In this document: positions 41,108-55,901 of the stretch, piece after piece
Position numbering within the stretch: the first letter of the stretch is position 1
Layout: every line of letters starts with the position of its first letter
NCBI GenBank assembly: GCA_964016885.1
Contig: OZ024740.1
Coordinates: 54,684,001 to 54,748,000 of the forward strand
Reading direction: 5' to 3'
Source of the DNA: Eledone cirrhosa
Taxonomy: Eukaryota
Length of the DNA: 64,000 nt
Translations under genes and position numbers: made by a program
Notes under the pieces: model-generated
The model's input: only the letters and a program-made list of their open reading frames with translations
Database searches by the model: none
Told to the model about the DNA's origin: nothing

Positions 41108-44100
41108 TTACAGTTTGTTCAAAAGAATGCTTTTGATGACAACATTCTTAGTTGACTGGGTATCCTTCAGAAATACCCTGACATTTTCTTTTCGTTTTCC
41201 GCGGCTAAGGGCTACATACAGTTGACCGTGTTGGAATACAGGTCGTTCCAGATAAACCAAGACGTTTTCAATAGTTTGTTCTTGTGCTTTATGAATAGTC
41301 ATAGCGACGCACGATTGAACTGGGAATTGGCTTCGCTGCAAAGGGATATCCTCACCTTCGGATAGATTAATTCTTATTCTAGGTATCATAACGATCTCAT
41401 TTCTGAAAGCTGCAGTGTTGATTCTTGCTACTATGAGATTGTCGTGCAGTTCTTCCACGATCATGCGTGTTCCATTACAAAGCCTTGCAGGATTCAAGTT
41501 TCTCATAAGAATTATTGGCGATCCTTTTTCAATTCTAGGTTATGTGGTGGCAGTCCTGATAGTTCAACCGAGTCAAGGAATTCAGTCGGGAAATGAGTGG
41601 CATTGGCACCATCACTCACAGAATTATGGGATCGGTACTCTTTTATGGTTCCAAGGAAGCGTCTGATACAGGTGGAATTGATGCTTCTCATCATTTCATT
41701 GACAAGTACTAAGATGCAATTGTTCGAAAACACTTCAGCTGGATTGTCGAACGAGGGGTAGATGAAATCAATACATTCTTCCATAGTTGTTGCTTGGAGA
41801 ACTATTTCTTTTGGCAAAATAATTTCCTCATTTTCAGTTTTTTTTTATCTTATCTTCTCCAATATCTAATAGGAACTGTGAATAGTCTCCTGTTCCCCCA
41901 CTCAATCGCATGTTTATCTTCAACAGAAATCTTTTGAAGCTTCGCCATAAGTAGGATTGTTTAATGCAGGCATTTTCCACGTCCGCTTCATTTCCCCTTT
42001 TCACTACCGGAAGAAGCTGTCAGAAATCGCCACAGCAAATTGTCAAAATTCCACCGAATGCTTCATTGTTGTCGCATATGTCACGCAGAGTGAGGTCAAT
42101 AGCTTCGAAGCTTTCCCTCTGAATCATAGGACACTCATCCCAAACAATCAGCCTTGTATGCTGGAAGAGGTTTGCCGTCTTTGAGTTTTTATCAATGTTG
42201 CACAGACCATTTTCTTTCACTACTATCGGTATTTTGAACCTAGAATGCACTGTTCTTCCACCAGGCATCAGTGTTGCGGCAATGCCAGATGACGTAACAG
42301 CAATAGCCACGTCACCGTTTCCCCTGACTTTTGAAAGAATTAAGTTAATCAGGAATGTCTTTCCTGTTCCACTGCAGCGTCAATGAAAATCAATGCAGAT
42401 GTGTTCGTCTCTAAACTGTTACAAACGCAGTCGTACACGTGTTTTTGTTCACTATTCAATAGAGGTTCCGTATCTTCTACAAATCGTCGCTGCTCTTCTC
42501 TGCTGTATTGCAATTCATGCAATAACTCCAAATTGCCACTATCCTGATTAGCAACAATATTATTTGGCCTTGGCAAGTTAAAGTCACTAAGACTTTTGCC
42601 CAGGTCGTTAAGTTTGTCTTCAAAATACAGAAGACATTGATCATAATGTCTCTCGCTAATCAAAAGGTTAGCGTTTCTGGTAGCCCTTTTTTCTATTTGA
42701 AGATAATCCTCGGACAGCGAATGCTTAAATCGAACCCATAAAGCACTGGAATTGTAATTTCCGTATTTCTGAGGAGCACGATGAATAGATCTCTCATGGC
42801 CTCGGGAAGCCTTGTTCGCTCAGCATCTTCCAGAGTCTGCTGCCAATGATCATCCGATTGAAGCAAACCTTTCTCTCTGCAGACGCCTTTCAATAATGGC
42901 AGGAGTTCTCCATCACACATTTTCAAAGAGTTGAAGGATACTGGCCCTTTGACGTAATGCAGAAGGAGTCTTAAATAATACAGGTCACCACTTCGTGGAA
43001 AAACAGTTATACTTGTCCCAAAACGTTCGCCTCAAAAATCCCTGGATACTGCTCAACTGTTTTCTCCTCCTTTCTCCTTTTCCATCTCTTATTACTCCAA
43101 GTGTAAAACTTTGGCACATCGCTATAATACAATGTTTTGCAAACGGATCGCGATCGCAAAGATCCATGAACTCAGTCAGAGTCGTCTTAGCCATGTGATT
43201 GTTTACTTTAACAGCAGCATTGACCCGAAAGAAGATTTGATTTTCCTCAGGTAGATGAACTTGAAGGCGACCTACGGTCGGTTCTCACTCATGAATTGGA
43301 AATCCAAGTACCAAGGCAACAGCTTCTGAAGGACCGATATATCTTCCTGTTAAATACTGTATTATCTCATCTTTCCTGTTCACTCCAAACGTTGCCTGAT
43401 CACTGCCCTTCATGGTATATTTGATAACAAATTTGATCGATTACACGGGAGAGCACATCTCTACGTTTAGGTGGCAGTTGAACAGTTTTAATAGTTTCAT
43501 ATTGTAGGGAACCACCCATTCCGAAGTTATATTTAGGCTTCCCCTTCCTTCTTGGTGCCCCTCAAATCCTCCCATTCTTGGGGACCGTCTTCTGTACACA
43601 ATGTATATTCATTGAAAGGCTCTCCACACAATGTATATTCATTGAAAGGCTTAGGGTATCGCTTACTGCACGTTCCATCTTTCCAACATGGCGAATTGTT
43701 AGCGCAATTCGGACTGTAGATCATGTGTTTCAGCACCAATTCATGACCCTCTGGATCTTTGTTTGGATCTGGTATTTCAGCTTGAACAAATGTATCATAT
43801 TCCTGCGGTCTGGGCTTGGAGGCTTCATTGAGCCATAGCAAACAATGAACTTGAGGAAGACCTCGCTTTTGATATTCGACTGTCAGCACGTAAGCTATGC
43901 ACTTGCCAAATAAGCCATCTACTCCAGTAAGATACTTTCTTAACAGTTTCCGCTTCAGATCAAATAGTCTGGCAATTAAATCTGGCCTGTCATGTGGCTT
44001 CTGATTCAGGAATAGGTTTTGCCGGATTTCAGACCAGTTTGGATTGCATGTCAATGTGATGAAGAACGAATGATTGCCGTACTTCCGTATGTACATCATG

Positions 44101-45739
44101 GCATCCTGGCATTGCTCCATCATATATCTCGGTCCAGCGACAAATATGGAAGAGAGTATGATTCGCCTGCCAATATTGCGAAAATCGTCATCATCATTCA
44201 ATGCGTCAGTTGTAGATCGCAATGATGTTTAATTCATTCGGATGTATTGAAGTCTATCTCTTTCAATCTTCGCAGCCATGTCAACCAAATATTTCTGAAA
44301 TAAACGACCGCCTCTGAGAAGTTGGTTGAATTCATTCTCATGGTTCATTATTCGATAGGCATAGTAGCGCATTGGCGTCAACTTCTTGTTGTTGCTCATT
44401 AACAGCTCATGGTGCCATCTGTCATCGCCAAAAGGAAAAAAAATAGAACATAATGCAAACTGTCATAGGACCGATGGGACTCTCAGATTATTTGCAATTG
44501 TCCGCCTTTTTCTTTCAACACAATGTGCCGTGCTTTTGCTTGAATTTCGGTGCTGTTTTGTATAATAACGGCAACTTCGTTTGCAGTTTGTGCATTGAAT
44601 CTTCTCTCATGTTCCATTGCTGGTCTCCTATCAGGATCAATAATAATCGAAGCTTCGGGAATATTTTTTATTTGTTCTTTTGCCATTCGAAATGAAGCAA
44701 CGTAAGGGTTATATTGTCTGAGTATTATTTACAATAATTCAACTATGTCGCGCTGAATGCCATCGTTATGGAGTATCCTGATTCTCAAATCAACACTATC
44801 CTGAGGATCCAAGAAGTAAATTTGAAGAAATTGGGGTTGTTCGTTGGGATTAGGAGTTAAGGAACCGATGTAATGGTGAATTTGACAATGAATAACGATA
44901 GAAGGATTCCATCCACTACTTGAGGAACGAACTTCTTCGGCCCCAAAATATGTCATTTGGAACAGGCAGTTGTATTGTCTGAGGTTCTTCCTGAACTCGT
45001 TTGCCCTAGGTTGATCAGTACTAAATAAACTGTGAAGTTCCTGGGGTAAAGGCTGCAGATTCCCCAACCTGACTTTTCCATTCATACAGCAATAGTTAGC
45101 AGTTTCTCCATGAAAAAGCATTGCATGACAACAGACACAGATCTTATTCATCTGTCCAACATCAGCAGAGAGGTCACGTCGTTGAACTGTTCTTGCTCTA
45201 TCCCTAATGGTTTGTTGGCAAAGACGTTCAGTTCTCCGAGCGTCCGATTCATGATCTCTCCTTCTTCTGTCTCTTTCCCTCTGTTCCACCTGACGCTCAG
45301 CTCTCTGACCATCCGTTTCATGATCTCTTCTTCTTCTGTCTCTTTCCCTCTGTTCCGCCAGACGCTCAGCTCTCCGACCATCCGATTCATGATCTCTCCT
45401 GCTTCTGTCTCTTTCCCTCTGTTTTGCCTGACGCTCAGCACTCCGACCATCCGATTCATGATCTCTTCTGCTTCTGTCTCTTTCCCTCTGTTCCGCCAGA
45501 CGCTCAGCACTCCGACCATCCGATTCATGATCTCTTCTGCTTCTGTCTCTTTCCCTCTGTTCCGCCAGACGCGCAGCCCTTGCTTTATCAGTCTCATTGA
45601 TCCTTCTATTCGCATGCCTGTCCCGATCTTGTTGGCGTTGACCATTATCTTGCTCACCTTCTTCGGCTCATCTTAGCCGTGCTTTCTTTCCACTATCGAT
45701 AGACCAACCAGAAGTATTCTTTCTTCCTCGTCGAGGCAT
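41108..45739 (-). pseudogene. Helitron Rep/PIF1 helicase (RepHel), multiply frameshifted
   Basis: CVCCHA...CCMNGKV; FITLTCNPNW; EYQKRGLPQVH (HUH motif region); GRTVHSRFKIP; IVWDE; GDF; RNLNPARLCNGTR; AMTIHKAQ; HGQLYVALSR. Confidence 0.93.
45232..45575 (-). repeat. 69-bp coding tandem repeat (~5 copies, 23-aa charged unit) in the RepHel N-terminus
   Basis: ctccgaccatccgattcatgatctct recurs every 69 nt. The unit translates as DHESDGRSAERLAEQRERDRRRR. Confidence 0.85.
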
Positions 45740-46533
45740 TATTTAAGAATCGAAAATGGTATTCACCTTAGAAAAAATTCCTATTACCTCAACACAAATT
45801 TTTTTTAAATCATCATTTAGAAATATTTCTAAATAATGAAAATATTGTCTGTTTAAACAACTCGTATTCTTCAAATCATATTCACTTAAAAAATACTTAT
45901 TAATAATTAAAATATTCTGTTTAAAGAAAGCTGAAATATATATACTCGGTGTACAAATAATTTGTATTTTTTAAGTCAATTTCACTTAAGAATATTTTTT
46001 TGAATATGCCAAGAAATACTTTTTCCATCGTATTCACTTGAAACTAATTTTTAAAAAATGAAGATATTGTCTATGTAAATAAAGCTATTTGTGAAATCAA
46101 ATTCACTTTAAAATATTTCTAAATAATTGAAATATTCTTTTTAACAAAAGCAAAAATATAAACACCCACTGTTTAACACCAACTGGTATTTTTCAGTGAT
46201 ATTCACTTAATGCTTTTCTGATAATTAAAATATCGTCTGTTTAAAGAAAGCTCAAATATAGATACTTGAAGTACAAACAACTAGTAGTTTTGAAATCATA
46301 TTCACTGAGAAATCATTGAAAAATCTAATTTTAATAATTATTAAAAATATTTCTCGAATGATGAAAATAGTTTATGTCGATTTACCTAATTTCAGGGTTT
46401 TATCCCAATTTCAGGGTTATATCACTTACAGGGCTATTTTTCCATTATGCATCGTTTTAGCTATTTACGAAGGTATCCTACACACACACACACACAAATA
46501 TATATATATGTCTCTAACTTAAGTACTGTTACA

Positions 46534-46607
<74 letters not shown>

Positions 46608-47298
46608 TCTAAGTACGTACACATACACTGGCACACATACACATACAGATACACACAGTAGAACTGTGAAAGAGAGAGAAAGAAATAACGTTATGGTTAG
46701 GGGGGAGAGTTAAAATAAATAAAAGTTAAGGATGCTGTCTCTTTCTCTATCTGTCATCACTCCTCTCTCTCTCATCCCCTCACTCTCTCTCTCTTTCTCT
46801 CTGTCACCCTCACTCCCTCTTTCTCTCTCTCTCACCCCCTCTCTGTCTCTCTTACCTACAGAATAGACAACCAAAAAACAAACGGATTATTTCGTTCGTT
46901 ATTCATTATAAAATAAGATAAATTGAATTTAGATGAATTCCTTGCTATTTTTGGAAAATTGAAAATATTTTCCAAGTGCGATTTACGCCAAACTTATTTT
47001 ATTCAGAGTATTTTCTCATTATGCAATGTTTTGGCTATTTACGAAGTTTTGCTGGGTTATGTTAATTTCGAGGTATTTTCCCAGTATGCACCATTGTGGC
47101 TATTTAAGAAGGTACCCCCAAAACCCACGAATCTCGGGAAACCGGGGTCAGATTTTCTCGAAACTTGTTTTATTCAATTTGTATTCCCATTTAAGAGGCA
47201 ACTTGCTTTCAAACCCATTATGCGCCCTTTTGGCTGTATTACATAACAGACAAACAAGCAAGCACGCACGCAAGATCAGAGTTTTAGTAGTATATAGA

Positions 47299-47920
47299 TG
47301 TCATCATTTGCCCATACACATTTTTAGAGCTTTCCAAATTACACGATGCTCTTCGGAGACTTATTTCAGTAACTGTCGAGGCATTTCTAGATAATGCGGC
47401 ACCCCGATAATAAGCGTATCAATTACATGCAATCTAAATTTTTGTGCCAATATATTAGTCTTTTCAGACTAATTTTCAATCCATGGGTATTATATGAACC
47501 TGCAAAACAATCCATAATTTTGATGCGTTCCATCTTTTGTGTTAGCTAGCAAGTCAGCATTGTCTAGATAGAGAAGTCCTCTGTTCAGTGTTTCAAACAT
47601 ATTTAATTTGATGTTCAGTTTCCGTAAAACGAAACCTCTCTCTGTACTTTTAAATTGCTACAGAAGATCTTTATCAATATCCTCGAATGCGTTAGCAAAG
47701 AATATTGAGAATAATGTGTGAGCTGATATATCTCTTTGCTTCAAACCATGTCAACTAACATCGTATTGGACAATTCTCCATTATAAACAACTCGAAACTA
47801 GTTATCCTACCGTCCCCAGTATCTTCCACAGTAAAATTTGTTCAACTTTACCAAATGCCTTATCAAAAAACCTGATACAGAGAAAACCGTTCCTCGCACT
47901 TACTTATTCAGAGACGGCTG
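47299..47920 (-). mobile_element. Decayed RTE-clade LINE, RT-containing part
   Basis: Remnants KAFGKV...LLWKILG, ISAHTLFSIF and FGKL*..VWANDD on the minus strand. Confidence 0.6.
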
Positions 47921-48129
47921 TAGGATAGATGTCGTACATACCTACCTACATACTTCCACACATGCATACATACATAGATAAATACATACACACACACATA
48001 TACATGCATATATACATAAAAACCTACATACATAGAAACACATACATACACACACGCATACATTCATACATACAGACAGATAGGCAGACAGACAGACGGA
48101 TAGACATAAGTACACTTACTTGCTTTTAG

Positions 48130-49440
48130 GCACATAAGGAACATCACTCTTCTCTGCTTTTTCTTTTCGAGATGCTTCTTTTATCTAGAAAATTGACGAC
48201 CCAAGTCGACACCCAGCAGCCCTGTCATATTGGACAATATGGAACCTCTTTACGATTGAGTCAATTCCAAATTAAGCGGTGGGGAAGTTTCTGCTAGAGT
48301 GCGTCAAATGGCTTCACGCAACATTAACGTCTTAACCGCTCTCCTTCTATTGTGAAACATTCAGACAGCACAGTCCATAACAGAGATAAGCAGGGTTCTG
48401 TCAATCACACATTGTCCGTTTATAAAGAGATTGTAATTGAGACCCACGGATCCTTCCCAAGTAGCAGAAGTATTGGGTTGGAAGTATTGTGACCTGACCA
48501 TACCAGGAACATGACTATGCCACACTCCATTGATGTCGGAGTACATTTGACAGTTATCTTTGAGCTTACAGCCTCCGTCCTGCATGCGAACTTTTCTTCT
48601 CAAACAACCTGAATGCGTTGAAAAAGAATGACAGTCGTATACAACCCATTGTGGGATCTCAGTAAGGTCTAGGCCCTATTCAACTCGAAGTTGAAGTTGA
48701 GCACGGATATGATTCAATTGCTCATGCGGACCAGATTGAAAATCTTCAGGTGTGACCATACGTGAGATATCTGCCCACAAAGAGTGCAGAACATTCGAGT
48801 CCGATTTCATGGGCTTATGTGGGGCATTCAGACTGTTCTTGCTACTATATTAAGGACTCCGTAGCACGATATCTACATCGGAAACGTTGATACGGAACCA
48901 GTTACCTCGGTGAAGAATATTAACAGATTGTGCCTTACTGTCACTATATTGTACATGCGCTCTTCCTCCCGAAGAACTGTTTGCTCTCTACCAAATTATA
49001 ATTTCATTGCACAGTGCATCATGTCATCTATACGAGAGACACCACAGTGAACAGGATGTCACCAATCATCTATTTGCTGAAGTCACCTTCAACGTCAAGT
49101 TTCACAACACATATGTGGGCTTCTGTTCAACATCCGACCTATCAATCTCCACTTGCCATACATCTTTGATCTTCTTCACACTACATCAGAAGCTAATATG
49201 GACCAGGGTGTCAAATCCACTATGGCAGAATTTGTAAGATGGCCACACTGCATCCAGTTTGTAGATTACCATTACAATTGTTCAGCATGCACACAAATCT
49301 CTTCTGAATCCACATCGTCTCGTTTACCTCCGATCTGTTTCACACGATCTGTGGAGAGTGGAATAGTCAGCTGCCCTCTGGGTTTCGAAGATATTTGGTG
49401 TGAAATTATGTTGTGTGTTGAAAGATGCTGGGGGTAGGAT
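48130..49440 (-). mobile_element. Highly decayed probable non-LTR retrotransposon fragment, family not assigned
   Basis: A GC-elevated coding-like block between microsatellites with only weak motif remnants. Confidence 0.3.
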
Positions 49441-49852
49441 TATTTCAATACAATCTTCCAATCATATATACATATATATATATATATATGTCTCCCCTAA
49501 GGTCGAGATAACATTTTGGTCGTTTTATCTGCTGCTATTTCTAGTGGCAGGACATTGACCTTTCCGCCCTTGCCTTCTAACTTTACCTACGGCACTAGAC
49601 AAGATTGTTTCTTTATCATACACTCTCATCCGGGAACAGTTCTGTATGGCGCCAGTTGGTGATTTGAACTCAGGAATTTTATATTCTCCGAGTGAGAAGA
49701 ACCCTCTGACGAAAGTCTCCTTCTCAATGGTGTTCCGCATGGATTATCCATTTATCTTGAGACTTGAAACCGCGCGGTAAGGGTAAATATAGTAAGTACA
49801 GTAAACTTTTTAAAATTTATTTAAAAACTTTTTCTCTATTTCCTAAACCTTG

Positions 49853-49913
<61 letters not shown>

Positions 49914-49917
49914 TTAT

Positions 49918-50450
49918 TTATTAAAATAACAGATTAAAGTTTAAGCAAATTATCGCTGCTTTCACCCTTAACGGGATCTTCTGAAACTAACAAAGTCAAT
50001 CTGTAAACGCAGAAGTGGATATTTCAAAAAACGTTGCAACCGGAGGAAGACAGGAAGACGATTTTAGGTATGTTTTCCTGCTTGGTACGGGTATGTTCTT
50101 TGTAGAAATATTCAGATGTTGTTTCTGCATGATGAATATAAGTCAATAGAGTTCAGAAACAACATCTGAATATTTCTACAAAGAACATACCCGTACCAAG
50201 CAGGAAAACATACCTAAAATCGTCTTCCTGTCTTCCTCCGGTTGCAACGTTTTTTGAAATATCCACTTCTGCGTTTACAGATTGACTTTGGTAGTTTCAG
50301 ACGATCCCGTTAAGGGTGAAAGCAGCGATTCTTTGCTTAAACTTTAATCTGTTATTTTAATAAATATTTGCTCTACGGTTCTTATATATTTGATATATAT
50401 TTAACCTTATCGAGCCCTCTTTGGATTTTAGTCTTCAAATTTAATATTAT

Positions 50451-50455
<5 letters not shown>
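49918..50455. mobile_element. Palindrome (arms ~49918-50127 and 50154-50363) plus tail, each arm with a CAGANGA hammerhead-like fold
   Basis: Near-perfect ~210-bp arms with a 26-nt spacer. Tail shared with 31400-31492. Flanked by (TA)n. Confidence 0.85.
50293..50343 (+). ncRNA. Hammerhead-like fold with non-canonical core (copies 49938-49988 minus, 31285-31335 minus, 55797-55847 plus)
   Basis: AGUUU-CAGACGA-U CCC guuaa GGG U-GAAA-GCA gcgauucuu UGC-UU-AAACU. Confidence 0.5.
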
Positions 50456-50488
<33 letters not shown>

Positions 50489-50564
50489 CAAACACATATA
50501 TATATAATACACACACACATATTTATATATATCTTCTTTTTTTTTTTCATCAGTAACGTTTCTA

Positions 50565-50653
50565 AGAGTCTGATGAGCTATTGATTGCAGAGTCGGCTTC
50601 GATCGATACAGATCGCACAATCAGATGATCATTTCCGAAACGCGCGTTACACC
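50565..50653 (+). ncRNA. Degenerate type I hammerhead (related decayed copy 23472-23552 minus)
   Basis: CUGAUGA-G...C-GAAA-CGCGCG-UU with palindromic stem III. Stems I and II are imperfect. The insert agagtcgg..gatcgatac.gatcg is shared with the 23.5 kb copy. Confidence 0.45.
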
Positions 50654-50934
50654 TGAATAAGCATCATGATAATTCTCTGATACCCAGTTACTACTTATTA
50701 ATATTACAAGCTGATTCAGAAGAAAACCAACCATAGTAAAACACCAAATGTACAACGTCACGTGCTATAATTAAAAGGGTCCACCTATGCATCCAGTGCT
50801 CATGAACGTAAGATTAAACTATGTATATATATATTTGTTAAGAAAGTGCCAGCGGAATATGATTGCGAATAGTCCCGGCAGTGAGAACCAACAAAAACAT
50901 CCCATGGTGAACACTATATATATATTTGTGTATT

Positions 50935-51010
<76 letters not shown>

Positions 51011-51361
51011 CGCACGCGCTCGCGTATGTATGTATGTATGTATGTATGTATGTATGTATGTATGTATGTATATAGTGTAAATAATAAAAAACCAACTAAA
51101 GCATTTCATGTGACTTGTTCTTCAAACATAGATCCGTTTAATATTGAAATGTTGCCGGAACTTCGAAAACGTAAAATGTGCCGGATATACCAGTTGAAAC
51201 TGAAAGAAGAATATTTCCTGTGGAGATATTCATTATATATATATATATATATATAACGAAGGAAATGTGGTAAGGAACCAGGTGGACCATAACACACCAA
51301 AGTACTCAATACTTAGGGTAGTAGAGTGGGTAATAGGAACCAGTAAGACCCCATATATATA

Positions 51362-51414
<53 letters not shown>

Positions 51415-51512
51415 CGTCCCTTCACGCACAAGGCGCCAAGGTACGCATGTATTGTCCAACCAAGTGCCAATGTGGTTCAATAGCGGGTTAATAAATTAAC
51501 GAGCCAGAACAA

Positions 51513-51660
51513 ATATAAACAAGGTTTAGTTAATCATGAAAAAGTTTCAAAATAAATTTTAAAAAATTGACTTTACCTACTATAGTTACCTTTTGGTATA
51601 GTAGGTAAAGTCAATTTTCTTAAATTTATTTTGAAACTTTTTCATTATTTACTAAACCTT

Positions 51661-51667
<7 letters not shown>
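51513..51667. repeat. AT-rich palindrome, ~72-bp arms
   Basis: tataaacaaggtttagt...tgactttacctactata versus tatagtaggtaaagtca...actaaaccttgtttata. Confidence 0.8.
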
Positions 51668-51754
<87 letters not shown>

Positions 51755-51836
51755 ATATATGTAAGTATGTATGTATATATTAGTAAGTGCCGTACTAAGA
51801 GTGAGAAATGAAATTTCGTTTTCATTTTATTACAAC

Positions 51837-51925
<89 letters not shown>

Positions 51926-52189
51926 CAAAGAAAGTGTGGGAACAAACAAGGTGGACAATAACGCACCAAAGTACTCGATAATTAGTGTAGTAGAGTGGGT
52001 AATAGGAAAAGAGTAAGGATCCCGACGGCTGAGCTCCGGCTGTTTCGACAGCTAGATCCGAAATCAGGATCTAGCTCAGCCGACGGGGTCCTGACTCTTT
52101 CCCTATATATATATATATATATATAAGAAAAATGGTGTGCTTCGTGGTTGCACATGGGTTATATATATAAATATATATATATAAATGAC

Positions 52190-52458
52190 ACCAATCGGTC
52201 AGGAATGACCGTGGGTTTTGCACTTAGAATGTTCCTTTCTGAGGTAGTAGTAGAAGGTAAGTCAAAGGACAGGTAAAGTGCGCTAGCGATTGATACCAGT
52301 GACATTGCAACTCATTTCTACAACTGAATGAACTGGAGCAACGTGACTAAAGTGTACGTGACTAAAGCGTCTTTTCTGAAGGACACAACACATCACCCGA
52401 TTGGGGAATTGAACTCAACCTCATACTTGTGAACTCAATTCTTTAAACACTAAGCCCC
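52190..52458 (-). mobile_element. tRNA-derived SINE of a second family
   Basis: Minus strand: A-box-like ggcttagtg, B-box-like gagttcaattcc, core gtgttgtgtcctt...ttgctccagttcattcag. Confidence 0.65.
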
Positions 52459-54030
52459 GTACACGCACACACAAACACACAAAATACATACTTACACAGA
52501 CACGTGTATTTGTTTATATGATTCCCGAATGTATGTAGGCATGTATGTATGTATGTAAGTATGTATATATGTATGTATGTAACAATGGAAGTATGTATCT
52601 ATGTATGTATGTGTGTATGTGGTCCTTTAATTCACATTATAACCAGAAATAGTTGACAGAAAATATTTCATTGAAAAATACTTTTATTCATAACGTGACA
52701 ATCGGTTTTCAGTCAATTTTTTTTACGGGGAGGGGGCAAAAGGCGTTTGCTTCCCAGATAAAAATGATTTACTTTTACTTTTTTTTCCGTAAATGTTTTT
52801 GTTATAAATTACTTTGTTTCTGTTTTAAAATTTGAAAAAATATTTTTTTTAAATCTGTTAAATATTAGCAACATTTAATTACCAAATGTAGAACATTTTC
52901 CTGTAATTTCTATGAAGCAAATGTATTTGATAAATTCAGAATGTAGTAGTAGTAGTAGTAGTAGTAGTCGGTGTTGTTGTTGTTATTGTTGTTGCTGTTG
53001 TTGTTTCGGTAGTAAATATTCTCTCGGGAAGTAAGCACCAAATTCCGCTCATGCAACTCCTTATGAAGGGAATAATACTTTGCTTTGTATAATCACTGCA
53101 TGTATTGACTGAAAATAAGATGACATTACCATAACTAGAAAGTCTTTAATCACATTCTTCCACCCCAGATGTGATTTCTTCAAGGAGTGTATCACAACCT
53201 AAAAGTTATTGTGTACCCAACACTGACCAATCCACTTTCATCATTAATATTTGTTCATACCATACCCCAATTCATCACCAAATCTAACATTACATCAGTC
53301 GTGCTATTACTTGAGAAATGTATGTCGTTTGAGAACTTGATGTCACACAAAAAGGCATTGTAGCTTTATTCATATTATGTTCATTCCAGTTTAAAAGAGT
53401 CACCACTGATATAGTATGTCATTTCAAAATTAATCTGTTTGAAAGTGAAATAATAAGAGTTGAGAAATGCTGTGGTATTGTCATAAACAGTTTGTAAATT
53501 ATTTGATAGCAGTTCTGAGCTATCAGGGCTGAGCTTGGATAAACAACATCAACGATACTCGTTTGAAACTGCTTTCACTTTACAAGGTTAAGAAAGATAT
53601 GCTGATATTTCTCCATATGTAATTCTATTACATACAACTGAATGTGTCCAAACTTGGCTTTGTATTTCTATGGGATTTTCATGTTTCTTTAAATAAATGA
53701 CAAGCATCTTCAGGAAATCGATATTTCTTATAATCCCATAAATCTTTACAGTGACTTTATTCCACTTTCGTTGTGATAATAAAATCGAGGAATCTTAAAT
53801 TTCGAAGATTTATTCATTGTAACCTGCAAAATAAAAAAAATAAATACATAAAAAGCCCATGTACATAAGATTGTAAACATAAATATTTAATACGTGTCAA
53901 ATTTTGATTAATATCATTTACACCATGTGTTTGTTCCTATGCAGAAACCCACTTTTTCAAGAAAACGGTGAAAAAGAGATAAATCTCTAGCATATGATTA
54001 TAATATAAATTGTTAGAATTATAGATATTG

Positions 54031-54065
54031 ATGTCACACAAACCCATACACACAGGTATATATAC

Positions 54066-54117
<52 letters not shown>

Positions 54118-54127
54118 GTATATATAC

Positions 54128-54165
<38 letters not shown>

Positions 54166-54175
54166 GTATATATAC

Positions 54176-54213
<38 letters not shown>

Positions 54214-54249
54214 GTATATATACCTGTGTGTATGGGTGTGTGTGACATA
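54031..54249. repeat. Inverted repeat enclosing TA/CAGG microsatellites
   Basis: atgtcacacaaacccatacacacagg versus cctgtgtgtatgggtgtgtgtgacat. Confidence 0.75.
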
Positions 54250-54291
54250 TATATATATATTTACAAATTTATATATTTATATATATATATA

Positions 54292-54366
<75 letters not shown>

Positions 54367-54421
54367 TTATAAATTTATATATATTTATATATATATATAT
54401 TTATATATATATATGTATGTA

Positions 54422-54480
<59 letters not shown>

Positions 54481-55013
54481 GGGGGGTTGTGTGTTTGTGT
54501 GTGTGTGTGTGTGTGCATTAATAATCAAACATAGAAGCATTCAACAATTATCAGAATGAAAGCAGAGTAAAGACTTAAATTTTTAAGGAAAAGTTTGACA
54601 TTGATTCCGATTTGATGGCTATAAGCAGCTTCTTCAGACTTGTGCTCTTGTCTTTGGCGTGTAGCTACCTTTTCAATATTTATATTTAGGCGGAGTTTAT
54701 TTTGAAGCGTGTTAAGATAAAGCGAGAGATATATTATTCTATATCCATTAAAGTGGCATACCGAATCAATGGGTATAAAATAATCATATCGCTCTCTGTG
54801 TGCGTGACGCATTTCATCATTCGTTATAGTATGTTATCTGGAATTCATGGATTTGATAATGGGAGGATGTGCGGTATTCAAATCTCTAACGGCGTTTACA
54901 GCGATAGTACCTATGCCTGTGCATATGAGGTAGCTCTTAATGATCTCAATTAGAAGAGGCAAACTTGTTATACCTAAACATATATTATATGCTACTATAT
55001 TAGTATTATATAT

Positions 55014-55094
<81 letters not shown>

Positions 55095-55863
55095 AGGTGA
55101 CAAACAAACTAGGTCCCCTGCACGGTTTGCGTTACTGTATAGTGATATTTAAGTTTAAAATATAGAATATGGCAGATACATCGTCTGAGAAGTCGGGAAA
55201 CCCATAAGTGCTGCTCGTAAAAGCAGAGCCAGGAACAATGTCATGCATTTTTGGAACGGAACTATCTCCCTTCAAATCAATATACAAAACTGGGTGAATG
55301 ACTTTGAGACTTATCCGACAGTGAAGAACACCAATACAATGTATAAAGAATAAAGACCTTCATACACACTCTGCAGGACCCACCAAGCATACACTGGATG
55401 TTATTGATTTGAGCCTAGAATCTGTTGAACAGAAACCAAAATGATTGCTGCACAGAAACCAATCTTTGGGTCGCTACACAGAAGGGTTGTCAAACATAAT
55501 CGTAGGTCGTACTCGGTTTCCTGCGGTAGATAATACCATCTCTGAGGGAGGGTTGATTGACTCATTCATCGTCGAGTATCACTTCATATGATCATAACCT
55601 TCATGAACTGGATTGACTTGCGCAGGTAGCTTCGAAGTGTATCATGACTGGCGGGTGTCGGATCAGTCGGCTAGTATTTTCAGTCATGGTGTTGTTTTAA
55701 TGATATATATATATATTTATATATATATATTATATAGTAATAATAATAAATGCGAAAACTAAAATCGAAAGAGGGCTCGATAAGGATAAATAAATGAGTT
55801 TCAGGAGATCCTGTTAAGGGTGAAAGCAGCGATTCTTTGCTTAAACTTTAATCTGTTATATTA

Positions 55864-55901
<38 letters not shown>

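Larger units (their letters stand above)
40313..47298 (-). mobile_element. Full-length (~7 kb) autonomous-type Helitron, decayed
   Basis: 5' A|TCTATATACTACTAAAAC at 47298. 3' hairpin catgaccc-aac-gggtcacg followed by CTAT|T at 40313. RepHel coding fragments lie between. Confidence 0.88.

Noticed and set aside
53020-53830. Strong minus-strand splice acceptor (tttttttattttgcag) followed by unique sequence
   Set aside because: All frames close within ~25 codons and no partner exon was found.
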